Assembly: GCA_964247055.1 (NCBI GenBank)
Contig: OZ176050.1
Location: 2,480,001-2,544,000 of the forward strand
Direction: 5' to 3'
DNA: 64,000 bases
Origin: Paragordius varius
Lineage: Eukaryota > Animalia > Nematomorpha
The position numbers and the translations under genes were made by a program. A model generated the notes under the pieces. That model was given only the letters and a program-made list of their open reading frames with translations. It was not told the DNA's origin and searched no databases. Shown in pieces: positions 10,977-24,329 of the stretch (positions are counted from its first letter, which is position 1; every line of letters begins with the position of its first letter).

Positions 10977-13900
10977 TAAGGTGACCAGATGTCCCGCTAT
11001 TACACTTTGTCCCGCGTCCCGCTATATTTTTAATGTCCCGCTTTTTCACGATTATATAAAAAAAAATTTTTAAATACATTTAAATATATTTTTTTATCCG
11101 TTAAATTTTCTATCATTAGTTATCTTTAAAATCTATATCAATTTTAAATTAAATTTTATTTTAAAATTAAAAATATTTATTATTTTCGTTCATATGATTA
11201 TACACTTTGCTTCCTAAACATATTCAAAAAGACAAATTAATATCACAAATCGCTAGCTTAAACGTTTACTCCAGAAAATTAAGGTAATAAAATATTCTAT
11301 ACTAATATTTTAGTTATATTACCTGCCAACATTATCAAAAAGACAATTTAATGCCACATATCGCTAGCTTATAGTTTATTCTAGAAAATTAGGGTAATAT
11401 AATATTTTTTTATACTAATATTAGTTTAAAAATATAAGTGCAAAAAGAGGTTGTAAATTCAACGATGAATTAATAAAAGAATTTCTTTTTATCAAAAAAA
11501 CGAAGAATGAATCATTTGTTAAATGTTCTTTATGCAAGGGGGAATTCACCCAAGCACATGGCGGCAAGCAGATATTACAAAGCATATGGAAACACAGAAA
11601 TATTAAAAATGTTTAGATATGGCGGCATCATCTTACAAAATGAGCGATTTTTATCGAAAAACCGCTTTTGGAGAGAAAGAAAAGAATTTGGAACTAGCCG
11701 AGAGACTTTTCTTTTCACCGTTAATCACAATCATTTCTTTAGATCTATGGATTGTACCTCACATGTTATTCGTACCTTATTTAATAAAAAATTTACATGT
11801 GCCTGTACAAAGGCTGAATCCATTGTATGCAATGTCCTTTCGCCACATGCCAATTTTAGACATAAAATTTGATTCAATAACGAATATTCTAGACAAAAAT
11901 AATTTAAAAGACAAAATCATCGCATATTGCCCTGAACGCCAATACGAACTTCGGTGGAAAAGCAAGGACGGACAAAAAATATTTTTCATAAATTAGCAGA
12001 TAATCCTAATCAAAACATGATTGGCGTTGGGTGTGCAGGGCATATTATACACTAAGCTATTCAAATAGGTACTGATTTTTTATCCCTAGATGTGAAAAAT
12101 AGTTGTTAAAATATATTCTTATTTTTATATATACACGGTACGCGTTGAAACGCTTAAGGAATTCTGTGAAAATGCAGAAGTTCAATATCAAAAAATGCTG
12201 GATATTGTAAAACTCGTTGGTTAAATTTTCTGCCAGCTATCGAAAGAATTTTAAAAATGTATGATCCTTCAAAACCTATTTTTTATCACAGGACAAATGT
12301 CCTACAACTTTGGAAAAGTTTTTTGAAAGTGATTTAATATGGTTAGAGTTCCTACATAATCAAGCATCTTTATTTCAAAATGTTATTAAATTTCGGCAAT
12401 CGTAGTAGCCAATGAAGTTAGCAACCTTAAATTCCAATGTCAAGAACGGTTAGAAAATAATTTTATACCATTAACCATCCGCAATATTATAAATAATTTA
12501 GAAAAACAAGGCAATAAATCGCCAAGATATCCTGTACCATATAAAAATGCTTTCTGCAAACTGTAAAGATTATTTGGCTGGACGGGGCAACTCAATTTGA
12601 TCATTTTCATTGGATAACTTTAAAACAGAATTTATTTGGTCAATGTTCAAAAATCATTTGATAACATCTGCAACTCCCAAAAATTCCCTATAATAATCTT
12701 TCAGAAAATAATCTTTTTTTCTGAAGTATCATTAGTTAAAAAATATTATTAATAATGAAAAACTTAAATTATGGACAACAGAAAAAATACAATAGAAAGA
12801 AATGGTTAGAAATATTTTGTCATTTTGAAACAAACTATGTTCCATACTATAATATTTTAAAAATTGTGGAATTCGCACTATCTTTATCTGGAACCAACGC
12901 TGCTACTGATCGCGTTTTTTCCACAGTAAATCAGGTGTGACATTGGAAAAATCAAATTTAAATGATGAATTTTTAAAGGCCATTTTATCTGTCAAATATA
13001 ATTTGACAAATTCTTATGAAGACTTCCACAATATTTTATAAAATGATGACAATCTGCTAAAACGCATTCACTTAAATAAAAAATATACCAAAGAATAAAA
13101 TATTTTCTTATATTTATAAAGTTTTTGTGTTAATAAATAAAAAAAAATACTTAAAATATTGTATAAGTCTTCATAAAAATTTGTCAAATTATATTCGAAC
13201 ACATAAAATGGCATTTAAAGTTTCACATTTAAATTTGATTTTTCCATGTCCATATTTGATTTACTGTGGAAGAACGCGTTCAAAAGCAGTGGTTCCACAT
13301 AAAGATAATGCAAATTCTATCATTATTGTGTGGAATATAGTTTGTTTAAAAATGATTATTTCAAACCATTTCTATTCTACTGTATTTTTTTCTGTTGTCC
13401 ATAATTTAAGTTTTCATTATCAATATATTTATTTATTAATGATACCTCAGAAAAAAGTGTCATTGAATTGCACCCTCTTGTCTTCCAAATAATCTTTTCA
13501 GTTTGTATAAATTTTTATGTTCTGTCTATTCATTGAGCCTCTTTTTCTGGATGATTTATAATATTGCGATTAGGTAATGGTATAAAATTATTTTCTAACC
13601 TTTCTTGACTTTGAATTTTAGACATTTGTCCTGTGATGAAAAATAGGATTCTAGGCGATCATACATTTTTAAAATTTTTTCAATAGTTGGCAAAAGAGCT
13701 AACCAACGAGTTCTACAACATCCAAGCATTATACCAACTACATTTTCCACATCCAGGGGTAACAAATCAGCAGTTCTTTTGAATAGCGTTGTGTCTCCGC
13801 CAATAATGTTTTGATTAAGATTATTCGCAAAATATTAAAAATATTTTTTGTGCCGCTCCTTGCGTTACCACCCAGCGCACTTTGCGATGATTTCATCTTT

Positions 13901-14217
13901 TAAATTATTTTTTTCTCAAATATTCATTATTGAAGTAAAATAAAAGTCAGAATTTTTACTGGGTAGAGAATGAGAGTGGGAAATAATATTGTGCATCAGA
14001 ATATAGCGATAAATTTATTTTCTGCAAATCTTTTTCTATTGCAGAAAATGCATGTGGTGAAAGGACATTGCATACAATCGCTTCACCCTTTGTATTTGTG
14101 TTAAAAGTAAATAAATATTACAATAAATTTTTTGCATAAAATTTTTTGGTTGTACCCCCCCATGCCCCCCTTTCTCGGATTTGTCCCGCTTTTTCCTTCA
14201 AAAAATCTAATCACCTA
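10977..14217 (+). mobile_element. hAT (Blackjack-like) DNA transposon copy 1, defective, with an inverted internal transposase fragment
   Basis: TIRs TAAGGTGACCAGATGTCCC / TCTAATCACC-TA (consensus TAGGGTGACCAGA). Fragments of a BED-like Zn finger (VKC-x-x-C...H...KH) and of the hAT dimerisation domain (WLEIF...IVEFALSLSGTNAATDRVFS). Flanks are GTTATACC (left) and TGTATGGT (right). Confidence 0.88.
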
Positions 14218-16169
14218 TGTATGGTTTATCACTTGGATACAACACATTCATTTTAATCATCCGATTCAAAGTGGGGTAGGTCTTTGGGGACCCCAGGCCT
14301 GCTCAAAATCAAATATTTTTGAAAATAAGAAAAAATTGAAACCATTGCAATTTGCACTTATATAACATTGATGCGAAATCGTGTGTGCATTAGCTGAATA
14401 CAAAAATAATGCAAAATAAACCTCTTTTTCTGTGTTTATATCAATGTTAGATGATATTTAAATTAAAAATAGCTTTAGTTTTAGCGTTAGAATCAAATAA
14501 ACACGATATTTTGCAGAAACGTAAAAGAAAAATGGTGAAGTAGTTTGATATGGACACTTTTTTCAAAATTTTTATTTATTTTGGCTAATATATAAAATGC
14601 TTAAGAGGATAGCAGCTTAAATTTAAATTGGAACCTTTCTTTCACTATTTTTATGAGAATATTAATTTAAATATAGTCTGCGTAGATACCCTAGTTCGAA
14701 TCGAAGAACATAATGGTATATCTATCCTACTCTATATTTTGGTTATGAAAGAAAAGCCAAATTAATGACATATTAGTGTAGTGTTTATCTTTCCGGATTA
14801 ATTTTTTATTATACAAATTTTTTTTTAATATTTTTTTAAAAAAGTTAACATTCCCGGCCTGGGCTTCCCAAAAATTAAAAAATTAGGTGTATTAAAAATT
14901 TATTACAGAGTTGAGATAGTGGGATAATCAAATTAGTTCGAACCCATCGGATTTGTTTCTGTTTAAACCTTAGGGACCGGTTCTGGTTCGCAGTGTTACC
15001 GGTTCATAACTACTAAAATCAATCCAAAAGTTATTAAGGTTAAGACTTTTGCAAACACTTTATTTATCAATGCTTTTCATTGATCCTTTAATTCAACTGC
15101 TTTGTCACACCTCAAAACTTTTAAATTATTATAAAATATTAATTTACGTATAAATCTTAATTTAAAGTATTATAAAATATTAATTTGCGCATACTTAAAA
15201 AATGATATCTCGCACATTTTAATCTGTGTACTCATGTTTAATAAATACTAGAATCAGTGGCTGCATTTTTGTCTTAAAAACGGCCGTCGCATTTTATATA
15301 TGTATGGGGATTTATAAATATTTTATTAGATTTCATAAGACTGTGGAATGCAAACACATAATAATTTTTCGACTTCGTTTCCAATTGAGTAGATTTATTT
15401 AGAAAATTTGCTTAAGAAATATCAATTTTATTTGGATTTTTCGAAAAAAATTTTGCATGCGGGCCCCGAGTGGTTGGATTAGTGGACGAGGTAAAGTTAT
15501 ATAAACAAGGATTGATATTCGTTTTGGCTTCAGTTTCAATTTCAACACTATATTTATGTCTCTGGGTCTAACAATTTTGGAATTTTTCTAATTATTTTGA
15601 AATGGCTATTTTCCTTCTAATTTTTGATTTACAATTTAATTTTTTAATGTTAAAATAAATGGTACTTTAGCCTGAAATATCCGAATATTCATGAATCAAT
15701 AAAACAATTTTAAAAAAAATAAGGTTAAATCATAAAAAGGAAAAGCAAGAATCTTTGACGACATTGCAAACGACGTGGTTTTTCTAATAATAATTCGGTA
15801 AATAAATCACAATGCTAACAAGCACCTAGTTTTTATACTTCTTTTTTAGAGTAAGATTCAAAAAATTAAAGCCAAATATAAATTGCGCCTCGTTATAAAA
15901 ATTAGTATTTCATTTTTATGTTTTTGATAAATTTGTTATAAGCTCTCACCATTTTTAAGCGATTGTAGATAATGAGAGGCTTTTTAAACCCCAAGCAGTT
16001 GTGGCAATCGACCAAATGCAAAAATGACCTTATAATTTCTTGGTGAATGTGTTATTAAATTAATTTGTAATTAGTATTTAATTTATCCTTGTCTAATAGA
16101 TTATATATACTCGAACATTTGTTAACGCCCTTTAACATAAAGTAATAATAATTACATTATATGATATCA

Positions 16170-18060
16170 CTCTTTCGAGCGGTCATATCCGTAAATTATT
16201 TCGCCATAGAACCCTGTCTGCGTCCTCGCGTTTTAGGTTCAGTTTTGCCATGTCCCTCTTAACTGTATCTATCCATCGCGTTTTAGGGCATCCTTTTCCC
16301 CTCTTGCCTTTCACAATATAATCATTAATATTTTTACCAATGTAATTATTATCTCTTCTTTCTACATCTCCGAACCATCTTAAAATATTTACCATCATCT
16401 TTTGCGTCACCGGTTTGATTTCCGTACTTCATCTTATGTAGACATTCTTCACCTTGTAATTCCTCGCACCGCACATCAATCTAACTCATTTCAATAACCT
16501 CAAAGTGCCTCTCTTCTGACTTCTTTAATACCCATGTCTGTGAGTTGTACATCATTGTTGGCTGTACAACAGCACTGTAAATTACCCTTTACTTTTAGGT
16601 CATTTATCGCACAAAACATTTGAGATCTTTTATGCCCAACTATTTCGAATTCTTAAATTAATATCATGCGTTAACGAGCCATCTGCTGCTAAAATGGCTC
16701 CTAAATATTTGCATTCCTCCTGACCTTTTAATACGCACCCTTCTTCTAATTCCATTTCTCTTTTTTCTCACCAAAACTTATAAGTTCCGATTTCTTTTTA
16801 TTGACTTTTAAAATGCATCGTCGTAACACATCAATCCATTTACCCACCAATTCTTTCAATTCATGCAACTCGTCGGACAGCACTATAAGGTCGTCTGCAT
16901 AAAGAAAATACCAGCCACCATGTTGCCCTACTTCTTTTGAAATTTCGTCCATGCATATTATAATAGTAACGGGCTGATTGCTGACCCATGCCCCTTAAAT
17001 TACTCCCTGGTGTGTTTTAATTTTGGTTTGATGTGACTCGTACATGCTTTTTAGAATTTTTATGTAATTTTCAGGGACGTTTTTCCGTCTTAAGCTCCAC
17101 CATATTAGGCTCCGTGGTATTCTGTCAAACGCCTTTTCAATATCAATTAAAAAACGATGCAACTCTTTTTTCATTTCTATATGCTTCTCGATTAGCCTTC
17201 TTACTACGTGAATCAGATCAATGGTGGACATTGCTGGAATAAATACAAATTGATTACCCTCTATACTAACCATTTTTCTCATTTGTTTCTCTAGTACTTT
17301 CTCAAATAACTTCATTGTATGCGACAACAATCTATCCCTCTGTAATTATTATCATTATTACCTCCTTTACCCTTGAAAATGGGAACAGAGAAACTCTCCT
17401 TCCATTCGGTTAGTACCATACCTGTAGAAACTACATTATTAAAAATATCCGTCAAAAATTCACTACCTTTCTCTGACATTTTTCCAACAGTTTATGTTAA
17501 TATCGTCTGGACCTGCAGCCTTATTTATAGACATCTCTTCTAAACCGGCCTGGACTTCTTCTATTGTTATACTTTCAATATGCGCAGATATATAATCTGG
17601 TGTTTCGGGTAAATTTGTTTTACTGACGCCCAATTCAAGGTCCTGGAAATATTCTTTCCACCTTTTCAATATTTTCGCTTCCTCAACGAGTAATTTGCCG
17701 TTTTTATCTTTAATAGCGGTCGCGTAAGGGGGCAAGTCCAGCTTTCTTCTGTGTCTTTGTCGAGCAATTTCAAAAACTTTGTTTAGACCTTGCTTACTGT
17801 TTAACTCCTCATATGATGATGCCGTCTTTTCTTTTTTGACCAATCTTACAAGCCTTTTAAGTTCCTTCCTTTTATATTTTTCCTTGTCTTCTGCATGGTG
17901 GGTAAACCTCCACATTTTAAAAGCTTTACTTTTCTCTCGCGATTTCAGAATTATTTTTTCGTCTTTCAGCCATGCCTCTCTATAAATCTGATTTCTGCCG
18001 CCTTTTATTCCGCACACCTTAACTTCCGCCTCTCTTATTTTTTTGCCACCTGAGAACAAA
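16170..18060 (-). mobile_element. RTE-clade LINE, 5-prime truncated and frameshifted (different family from 4390-7950)
   Basis: NKAAGPDDI, LSHTMKLFEKVLE, FLIDIEKAFDRIPR, FLYADDL, LRWFGDVERR, RGKGCPKTRW in ORFs 17463-18059, 16995-17330, 16746-16952 and 16183-16410. Confidence 0.85.
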
Positions 18061-18707
18061 CACTTTTTGGATCGCTGTTCCTGTCTAGTATGCCTGCCGT
18101 TTCTACAAATCTTTCTCTACTGTTTCTTAAGAAATCCCATTTAATTACCTTCGGCGCTATAAGCTTAGGCTTTTTATCATTTATTATTAAGGTTATATAT
18201 GTGCAAAATTTTGCCATGGTTTCGATTTCTTCCATATTTTTTAAAGAATTTCGTTTTAACAGGTCAGGGGTATTTAACTACCCCAATTTGAATCGAAGGA
18301 CTAAAATGAATGTGTTGTATCCAAGTGGTAATATAATTTTAACGATATTAAATTTCAAATCAGTTAGAGGTAATATACCGAAAATTCCCTGTTAATACTT
18401 ACACAAACACTTTAATATTCAACAAAATTAATTTATTTTTATAAGTTATTGCGGTAATGTATAGATGTAAATATATAATCCCTAAATTATTTGGCAATTA
18501 GTTTAGTCGCCTTATGTAAATCGATTTATACATTTTTGCTTATCATGCATGTCCTCAGTATTATACGTTTCATTACATATATTTGTTAGAAGCTCTGAAG
18601 AATGATTACATCCCCCTGCACTGAGGCGAGCGTAGGAAGGCGGTAAGAGTCGTCCTGTCTTGAGAGTGGCGGTAAGGAGTAAGCCTGTCACAGCCTTTTC
18701 TGGATAC

Positions 18708-19480
18708 ATGGATTTAATATTAAAAAAGGTACGGCAGTATGCAGTAAAAATAATCTGCATTAATGAATGCTAAGATTTTATGCATGGACCAATTGCTAAG
18801 GCATCGGCAGATTCAATCGTTTCGGCGTTTTCGTCAGCCCTTCATAGCTATCGTAAAGATAGTGTTTTAAATCCATTTCCAAACGATTATATATGTGATG
18901 GTTTAAGAAATTATGCAAAACTAGTTTGGAAAATTATTTTATAGGATAAGGATTTTGCATTTCTGTCTTCTGAAAATACATCGCATAATAAGTTAATCCA
19001 AGATATATGTCAAGCGTTACAAAAAAATATTACTTTTTGTGATCCTAAAGAATTTCAAAATATACTATCACTATGTCCTCAGCATACAAGATTTTCTAAA
19101 CCCAATTATATATTCCAAATTTATAGTGAAATATCCAACATATCCAATAAGTTTATGAATTTCATGGTTCCTCACTGGAAAACTTATATTCCAAACTATG
19201 TAATGGTTTATGTCCTAAGTTTTCCAGAGTATTTTTTTATATTTATGAGTTAGCAAGGTGCTTTCGGCGACGGAATTTATTTTTCTTCGGAATTATCTGT
19301 TTGCCTGAATTTTAGTAAAACCGATAAATCATGGCAACACAGTATGATGGAAAATATAGATCTAATTGTATACAGCTTCAGTAAGCTTTGAAAATATAAG
19401 CCATATAAAAAAAATGTTAAAGCTTTTATATAAAAAATAACCATATTTTGAAATAAAATTTATTCTATTAACCTAACGTA
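18708..19480 (+). pseudogene. PARP16: PARP16-like duplicate, frameshifted
   Basis: Inverted copy of 9752-9015. There is a 1-nt deletion before FHGS (AAGTTTATGAATTTCATGG vs AAGTTTTATGGATTTCATGG) and a deletion after WQHSMM. The micro-introns are retained at 21 nt and 25 nt. Confidence 0.8.
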
Positions 19481-20704
19481 GGATTAGGGGCTAAACTTTT
19501 AATTCCTTATAACCCTACTGTATTGGGTATCCACCTTAGATTTACACATTAACATGTCCAATTAACCCTAAAATATCATACGTTTTTTGGCTCAGAAAAT
19601 TTTGGTAATTACAAAGCATGATAGGAATTTTGCGCAAAATTAACCATTTAAATAATATTAAAAAAATATCTTGTCGACTATCCAAAATCAATTACGTTTG
19701 ATATGTTTAAGGTGTTCAAGGGTGAATTTAAGGTGTTTAAAAGGAATATGAATATATTTATTTAAAAAATGATTTTTACTCCACACAGTCTATTATAATA
19801 AATCATATCAATAAAAATTAATTATAGATGGCAAAAATACAAAGACATCAGACACCTATTTTATTGTTGCTGACAAGTTAATAAAAATTCGATATATTCA
19901 TGTATATGCTCATAATTCACCTTATATGCTATTCAAGTTTTTTATCATATATTTTTAGGAATATTGCTTCTGTATTATTATATAAATATCAATGGTTTCC
20001 AATAATTATTTGTATTTTAATTGTTAAAATTATATTTTTTACTCAATTCGACCAAAATGCAATGTATTAGATATATAAAAAAATAATTTTTTAATCATTA
20101 TGGGTTAAATATATATATATATACATATATATTATATTTATATTGTAAAATAAATATTTTTGATCAGTTTAATATATGGAAATCTAAAAGAATTGGGCTA
20201 AATTATAAAAATGTAGTAAGTGGATTTTTAATACGTATAAAAGTTAATAAAATAAGTAATTTCAACTATATTTGGTTCAGCTCATAAAATGATATGTAGA
20301 GTTATTTTTATTTTTACTTATTTTGCTAGTTTTTATCTCATTGAAAGCCAATTATGATATTTTTGAATTATAATTATAAATTAAAAGCAATCTCATAAAC
20401 TGAGTGTCTGTATTATTATGGGATCCTTATGACAAAAATAATAAATATAGTTTAATTAATTTTTTTAAAATTATCTGTGAAATATGTTTACAGAAATAAA
20501 TTACATAACCATATCGAATTTGTACTTTACATATAAAATATGACACATTTATTAAATAAATTGTCGTATAGATGCGTTAATAATTATTTTAACCAAATAT
20601 GAAAAGTATATCGAATTTCAAACAAAATGTTGAATAAATAATGAGAAAATTATTATTATGTACTTTAAAAATAAGGCCTGAAACACTTTTTAGTAGCTAT
20701 ATAT

Positions 20705-21048
20705 TTATATATTCGAATTTATTAATGGTGATCTGTGATTAAAGGTATAAAAAGATGGACGATTTATAATTGACTCAAATGGCTAAAAATTATATTATAT
20801 AAACTTTGTTTGGAGATCCTAAATTAATCTTATTTCTCTGTAATCTTCAACAAAAATTGAAATCGCTTATTTGATACAACAAGACGTAAAACAGCTTGTA
20901 AAGTAATATCTATGGGTAGGCTTGAAATGTTCTGTAACGCGCATATAATTTTTATCTGAAAATTAAACCATTATTCACATTGTATTGCCGAGTAAGCTGC
21001 ATGAAATAGGTTTAAAATAGAAAGGGCAAAAATTGTTGTAGCCGACAT
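20705..21048 (-). pseudogene. MMGT1: MMGT1/EMC5 duplicate, frameshifted
   Basis: Inverted copy of 1228-1577 with small indels in exon 2 (extra A after intron 1, deletions near ACAGAACATTTCAAG). Introns are retained as 23 nt and 22 nt GT-AG. Confidence 0.82.
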
Positions 21049-21079
21049 CCTTCAGTAAATCAATACTAGCGCAAAAGCA

Positions 21080-21765
21080 TATATCCTTTCCCATATAACC
21101 GTATTATATGTTTTTTATAATTTTGCAAGATGTTGAGTATCTTAAAAACGAAAAACTCCCTAATGTGGATAAGTTCCCTCAATCTCCTGTCGGCACAAAA
21201 GTCCCCAAAATGATGCGAAGAAACATTGATATATGGGGATCAGAACTCGTTCAAAACTATTTAATACATAAACAATATCGTATACGGGCTTTAACCGGGG
21301 GTAATCTCCGACATGAAAATTTTGGGTATATTAAAAATGTCGTAAATAAGAAGAAAAAAGAACAAAAGCTCTTTGCTGTTTGGAGGATTGATCCTTCGTG
21401 GTACCTGTTACGAAAAAGAGTCAAGGTATTCTTTAATCTAACATTAAGGTGTAAGAATGGGAGGTGGGAAGGCTATACATCATTATGTAACACCTGTTCG
21501 TAGTGGGATTATTATTTTAGAGATCGGAGGCCGAATAGAATTTGGGTTAGTGGAAGAATGGTTATCTAAGCTTGCTGCAAGAATGTCTATTAAAGCCCAA
21601 GCTATATGCCACAAAATGCTAGAACACGAATCTAAAATTTAAGCGTATAAAGAAACAATAAATTTAAACCCATACACTTTTGAATTTTGTATCAATCGTA
21701 TGCAAGGCTGCTATAATTGGTTCAGCCCATATGATTATGAATGGTTTGGGAAACAGAAATTTTAT
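21080..21765 (+). pseudogene. MRPL16: MRPL16 duplicate, start exon largely deleted, frameshift and premature stop
   Basis: About 60 bp of exon 1, including the ATG, are missing. There is a 1-nt deletion at TGGTACCTGTT (vs TGGAAACCTGTT) and CAA>TAA at ~21639. Introns 21101-21129 (29 nt) and 21426-21448 (23 nt, still with CTAAC). Confidence 0.85.
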
Positions 21766-22679
21766 TAAGAATACTTTATTAAATGCTTTACATTTTGTAT
21801 ATAATTATGAGAGATTATTATACAGGTCTTTCTTTTCATAATTAAACAGGGAAGATTTTTGTAAGTAAATTTTTATATTAATATGATTTATTTTTAGAAG
21901 ATGGCAGTTTTGAAAACTAAAAGCCATACAAAAAGTTTATAAAATACGGACAAAAATGAATTTTTGAATAAATTATAACCCAATATGCTCCTGTTTTATT
22001 GTCTTGTTAAAAATACGTAATTACTTGATGGTTGTCAAAAATTGGAACAAAATACATTAAGAAATACCCATATTATGTAATAGTATTTTATTGAAGAAGC
22101 ATAAACAGCACAATTAGTTGGTGTTTGGATTATTATTAAAATCGTATTACAATTATTGCTTTCTATTTTACTTCATGAAATGAGTAATGTTTAAAAATCT
22201 TTATTTATTTTAATGTATGTGTACAGTTCTTACAATATGCATTTATAATGTATGTTCAATAATTTTATTGCCAGTTATCCAATGCGTAAAATACTAACCC
22301 ACGAAATTATTTAGTAGTACACATATGAAAGAGGATTGACGTGAGAATTAACATAGGCTTTAATTTAATGGATATTTTGTAATGTTAAATTTTGAGAATA
22401 TTATAGCAATTTATGTTGACATTTGTAATATTGTTGTTACGTATTTAGATGCGGAATTTTGTGGGTTTTTAACTTTGATAAATTAATAAATAGTAAAATA
22501 CGTATTTTAAGATTTTTTATGTTAATTATTCCTTAATAATAAATATTTTTCCTTATGCTAAATACCTGTATTAAATATTGGTATTATAATTTTATATAGT
22601 TGTTTTTACTAATTAAAAAAACACAGGTAAATATATATTTGTGAAAATTTAAGTAGATTTTAGATATTTGTCTTTTATG

Positions 22680-23200
22680 TTTTGCATTGTTAATATTAAT
22701 AATTTTTAAGTATTTCAGACATTTTAATCAGGTAAAAATTCGGCTTTTAATAAATTTAGTAAAAATTTAGTTTTTTTTTTGTTTTTTAGGTTTTGCATTG
22801 TTAATTGTAATTAATTACTACATAGTTTGGATATAATAAATACAGGTAAAAATTGCGGTTTTTAACAAATTTAGTAAAAATTTAGTTTTTTTTGTTTTTA
22901 GGTTTTGCATTGTTAAATTAATTATTACATATTTTGGACCTTATAATAAATACAGGTAAAAATTGCGATTTTTAATAAATTTAATTTAGTTTTTTTAGGT
23001 TTTTCATTGTTAATTATAATTAATTACTACATTTTTTGGACATTATAATAAATACAGGTAAAAATTGCGGTTTTTAACAAACTTAGTAAAAATTAGTTTT
23101 TTTGTTTTTTAGGTTTTGCATTGTAAATTATACATAGTCTTGAAATATTTTTTACATACTATAATAAAGACAGGTAAAAATCAATGTTTTTCGGTTTTAT
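22680..23200 (+). repeat. Tandem array of ~115-125 bp units (left arm)
   Basis: Unit approximates TTTTGCATTGTTAATT..AATTACTACATATTTTGGACATTATAATAAATACAGGTAAAAATTGCGGTTTTTAA..AATTTAGTAAAAA..TAGTTTTTTTGTTTTTTAGG, about 4-5 copies. Confidence 0.85.
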
Positions 23201-24329
23201 ATGTATTTATAAATACCAATATAAAAAATAATCTATATTCACATAAACATCAATATATAGATGGAAATAAAATATATTTAAAAATTTTAGAGGTTTAAAA
23301 GATCGATAATAAAGACCTTCTACTAATAAAATCACACAAAATATACTAAGCCGATATTTTTCAATCACCCTCCAAAAACTATGAATAATAAGCATATTTT
23401 TAGATATGAATAAATTTATTTATATAAAAAAAATCATTATAATATAAATCATAATTCAATGTTGGAATCATCCAGCTTTATGGTCGATCTATACCATCAT
23501 TGTCAGACCGTCTTGTATGTTAGATTTGCTACAATTTAATAATGATTAATATCATCAATTATTATAATAGGACAGTTGAATTTTGAAAAAATTGATTGCA
23601 ATAGCGTGGGAGTCTTATTATCAGTAACATTATAATTTATACCCTTGTTCGATATTCTTTATAATCCAGGTGATCATCTAAATAAAGAAAGATTATTGGG
23701 TTTTTAAAAATTATAATCATCTCTTTTTTATTAAATCTAACAAAAATACCTGATAAACTCAATTTATCATCCAAAAGATCACTGGATAACGTGGATAAAA
23801 TTAAGAATATTTTACCATCATTCTCTGGAATGATTCTGACATAAAAGATAGATTTTTATGGAATTTAATAAAATGATATTACTGTTCCTACAATTGCTTT
23901 CCTGGATTCCATAACTATTATCACAGAAACGCTAATCGGAGCTAACACCAATTAAAATAAAAAATAAATTAACCTTAAAATTGGAAAAATATTTTTTTAT
24001 AAAAAAGAAAATAAAAAATGTTATATTTCATCTGCATTTTCTTTATAAGAGCCAAAACCAAAAAAACGAATCCCCTTCATAGTCCTAACAAAAAATACAA
24101 ATTTTATAAAAATTTTCTTCTTCGCACTCATACAATGCCAGAAAAGCTTAGGCGCCTTGTCTCATAGTGTAGGGAATTTTTCGTGCTGTTTTGGTTGCTA
24201 AAAAGAAAATGTAAAAGAAACTGTAAAAAAATCATTTTTAATTATTTTAATAATGAAAAAAGTCATTTTTGCAAATATTATGAAGGTAAATTATTTTTAT
24301 ATTAATTAGGGGATTCTAACAATGATAAT

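Larger units (their letters stand above)
1..22143. repeat. Large inverted segmental duplication: arms ~1-10085 and ~18330-22143, spacer ~8.2 kb
   Basis: 1-1577 is the reverse complement of ~22143-20700. 8040-10085 is the reverse complement of ~20510-18330. The left arm has an extra ~6.4 kb (1580-8040). A 60-nt MRPL16 sample shows 7 substitutions. The homology runs to the window start and may extend beyond it. Confidence 0.92.

Noticed and set aside
1-22143. Inverted duplication as a simple assembly artefact
   Set aside because: The arms differ by many substitutions, gene-disabling indels and a 6.4 kb insertion, unlike a read-chimera mirror. A haplotype mis-join is not fully excluded and is listed as a test.
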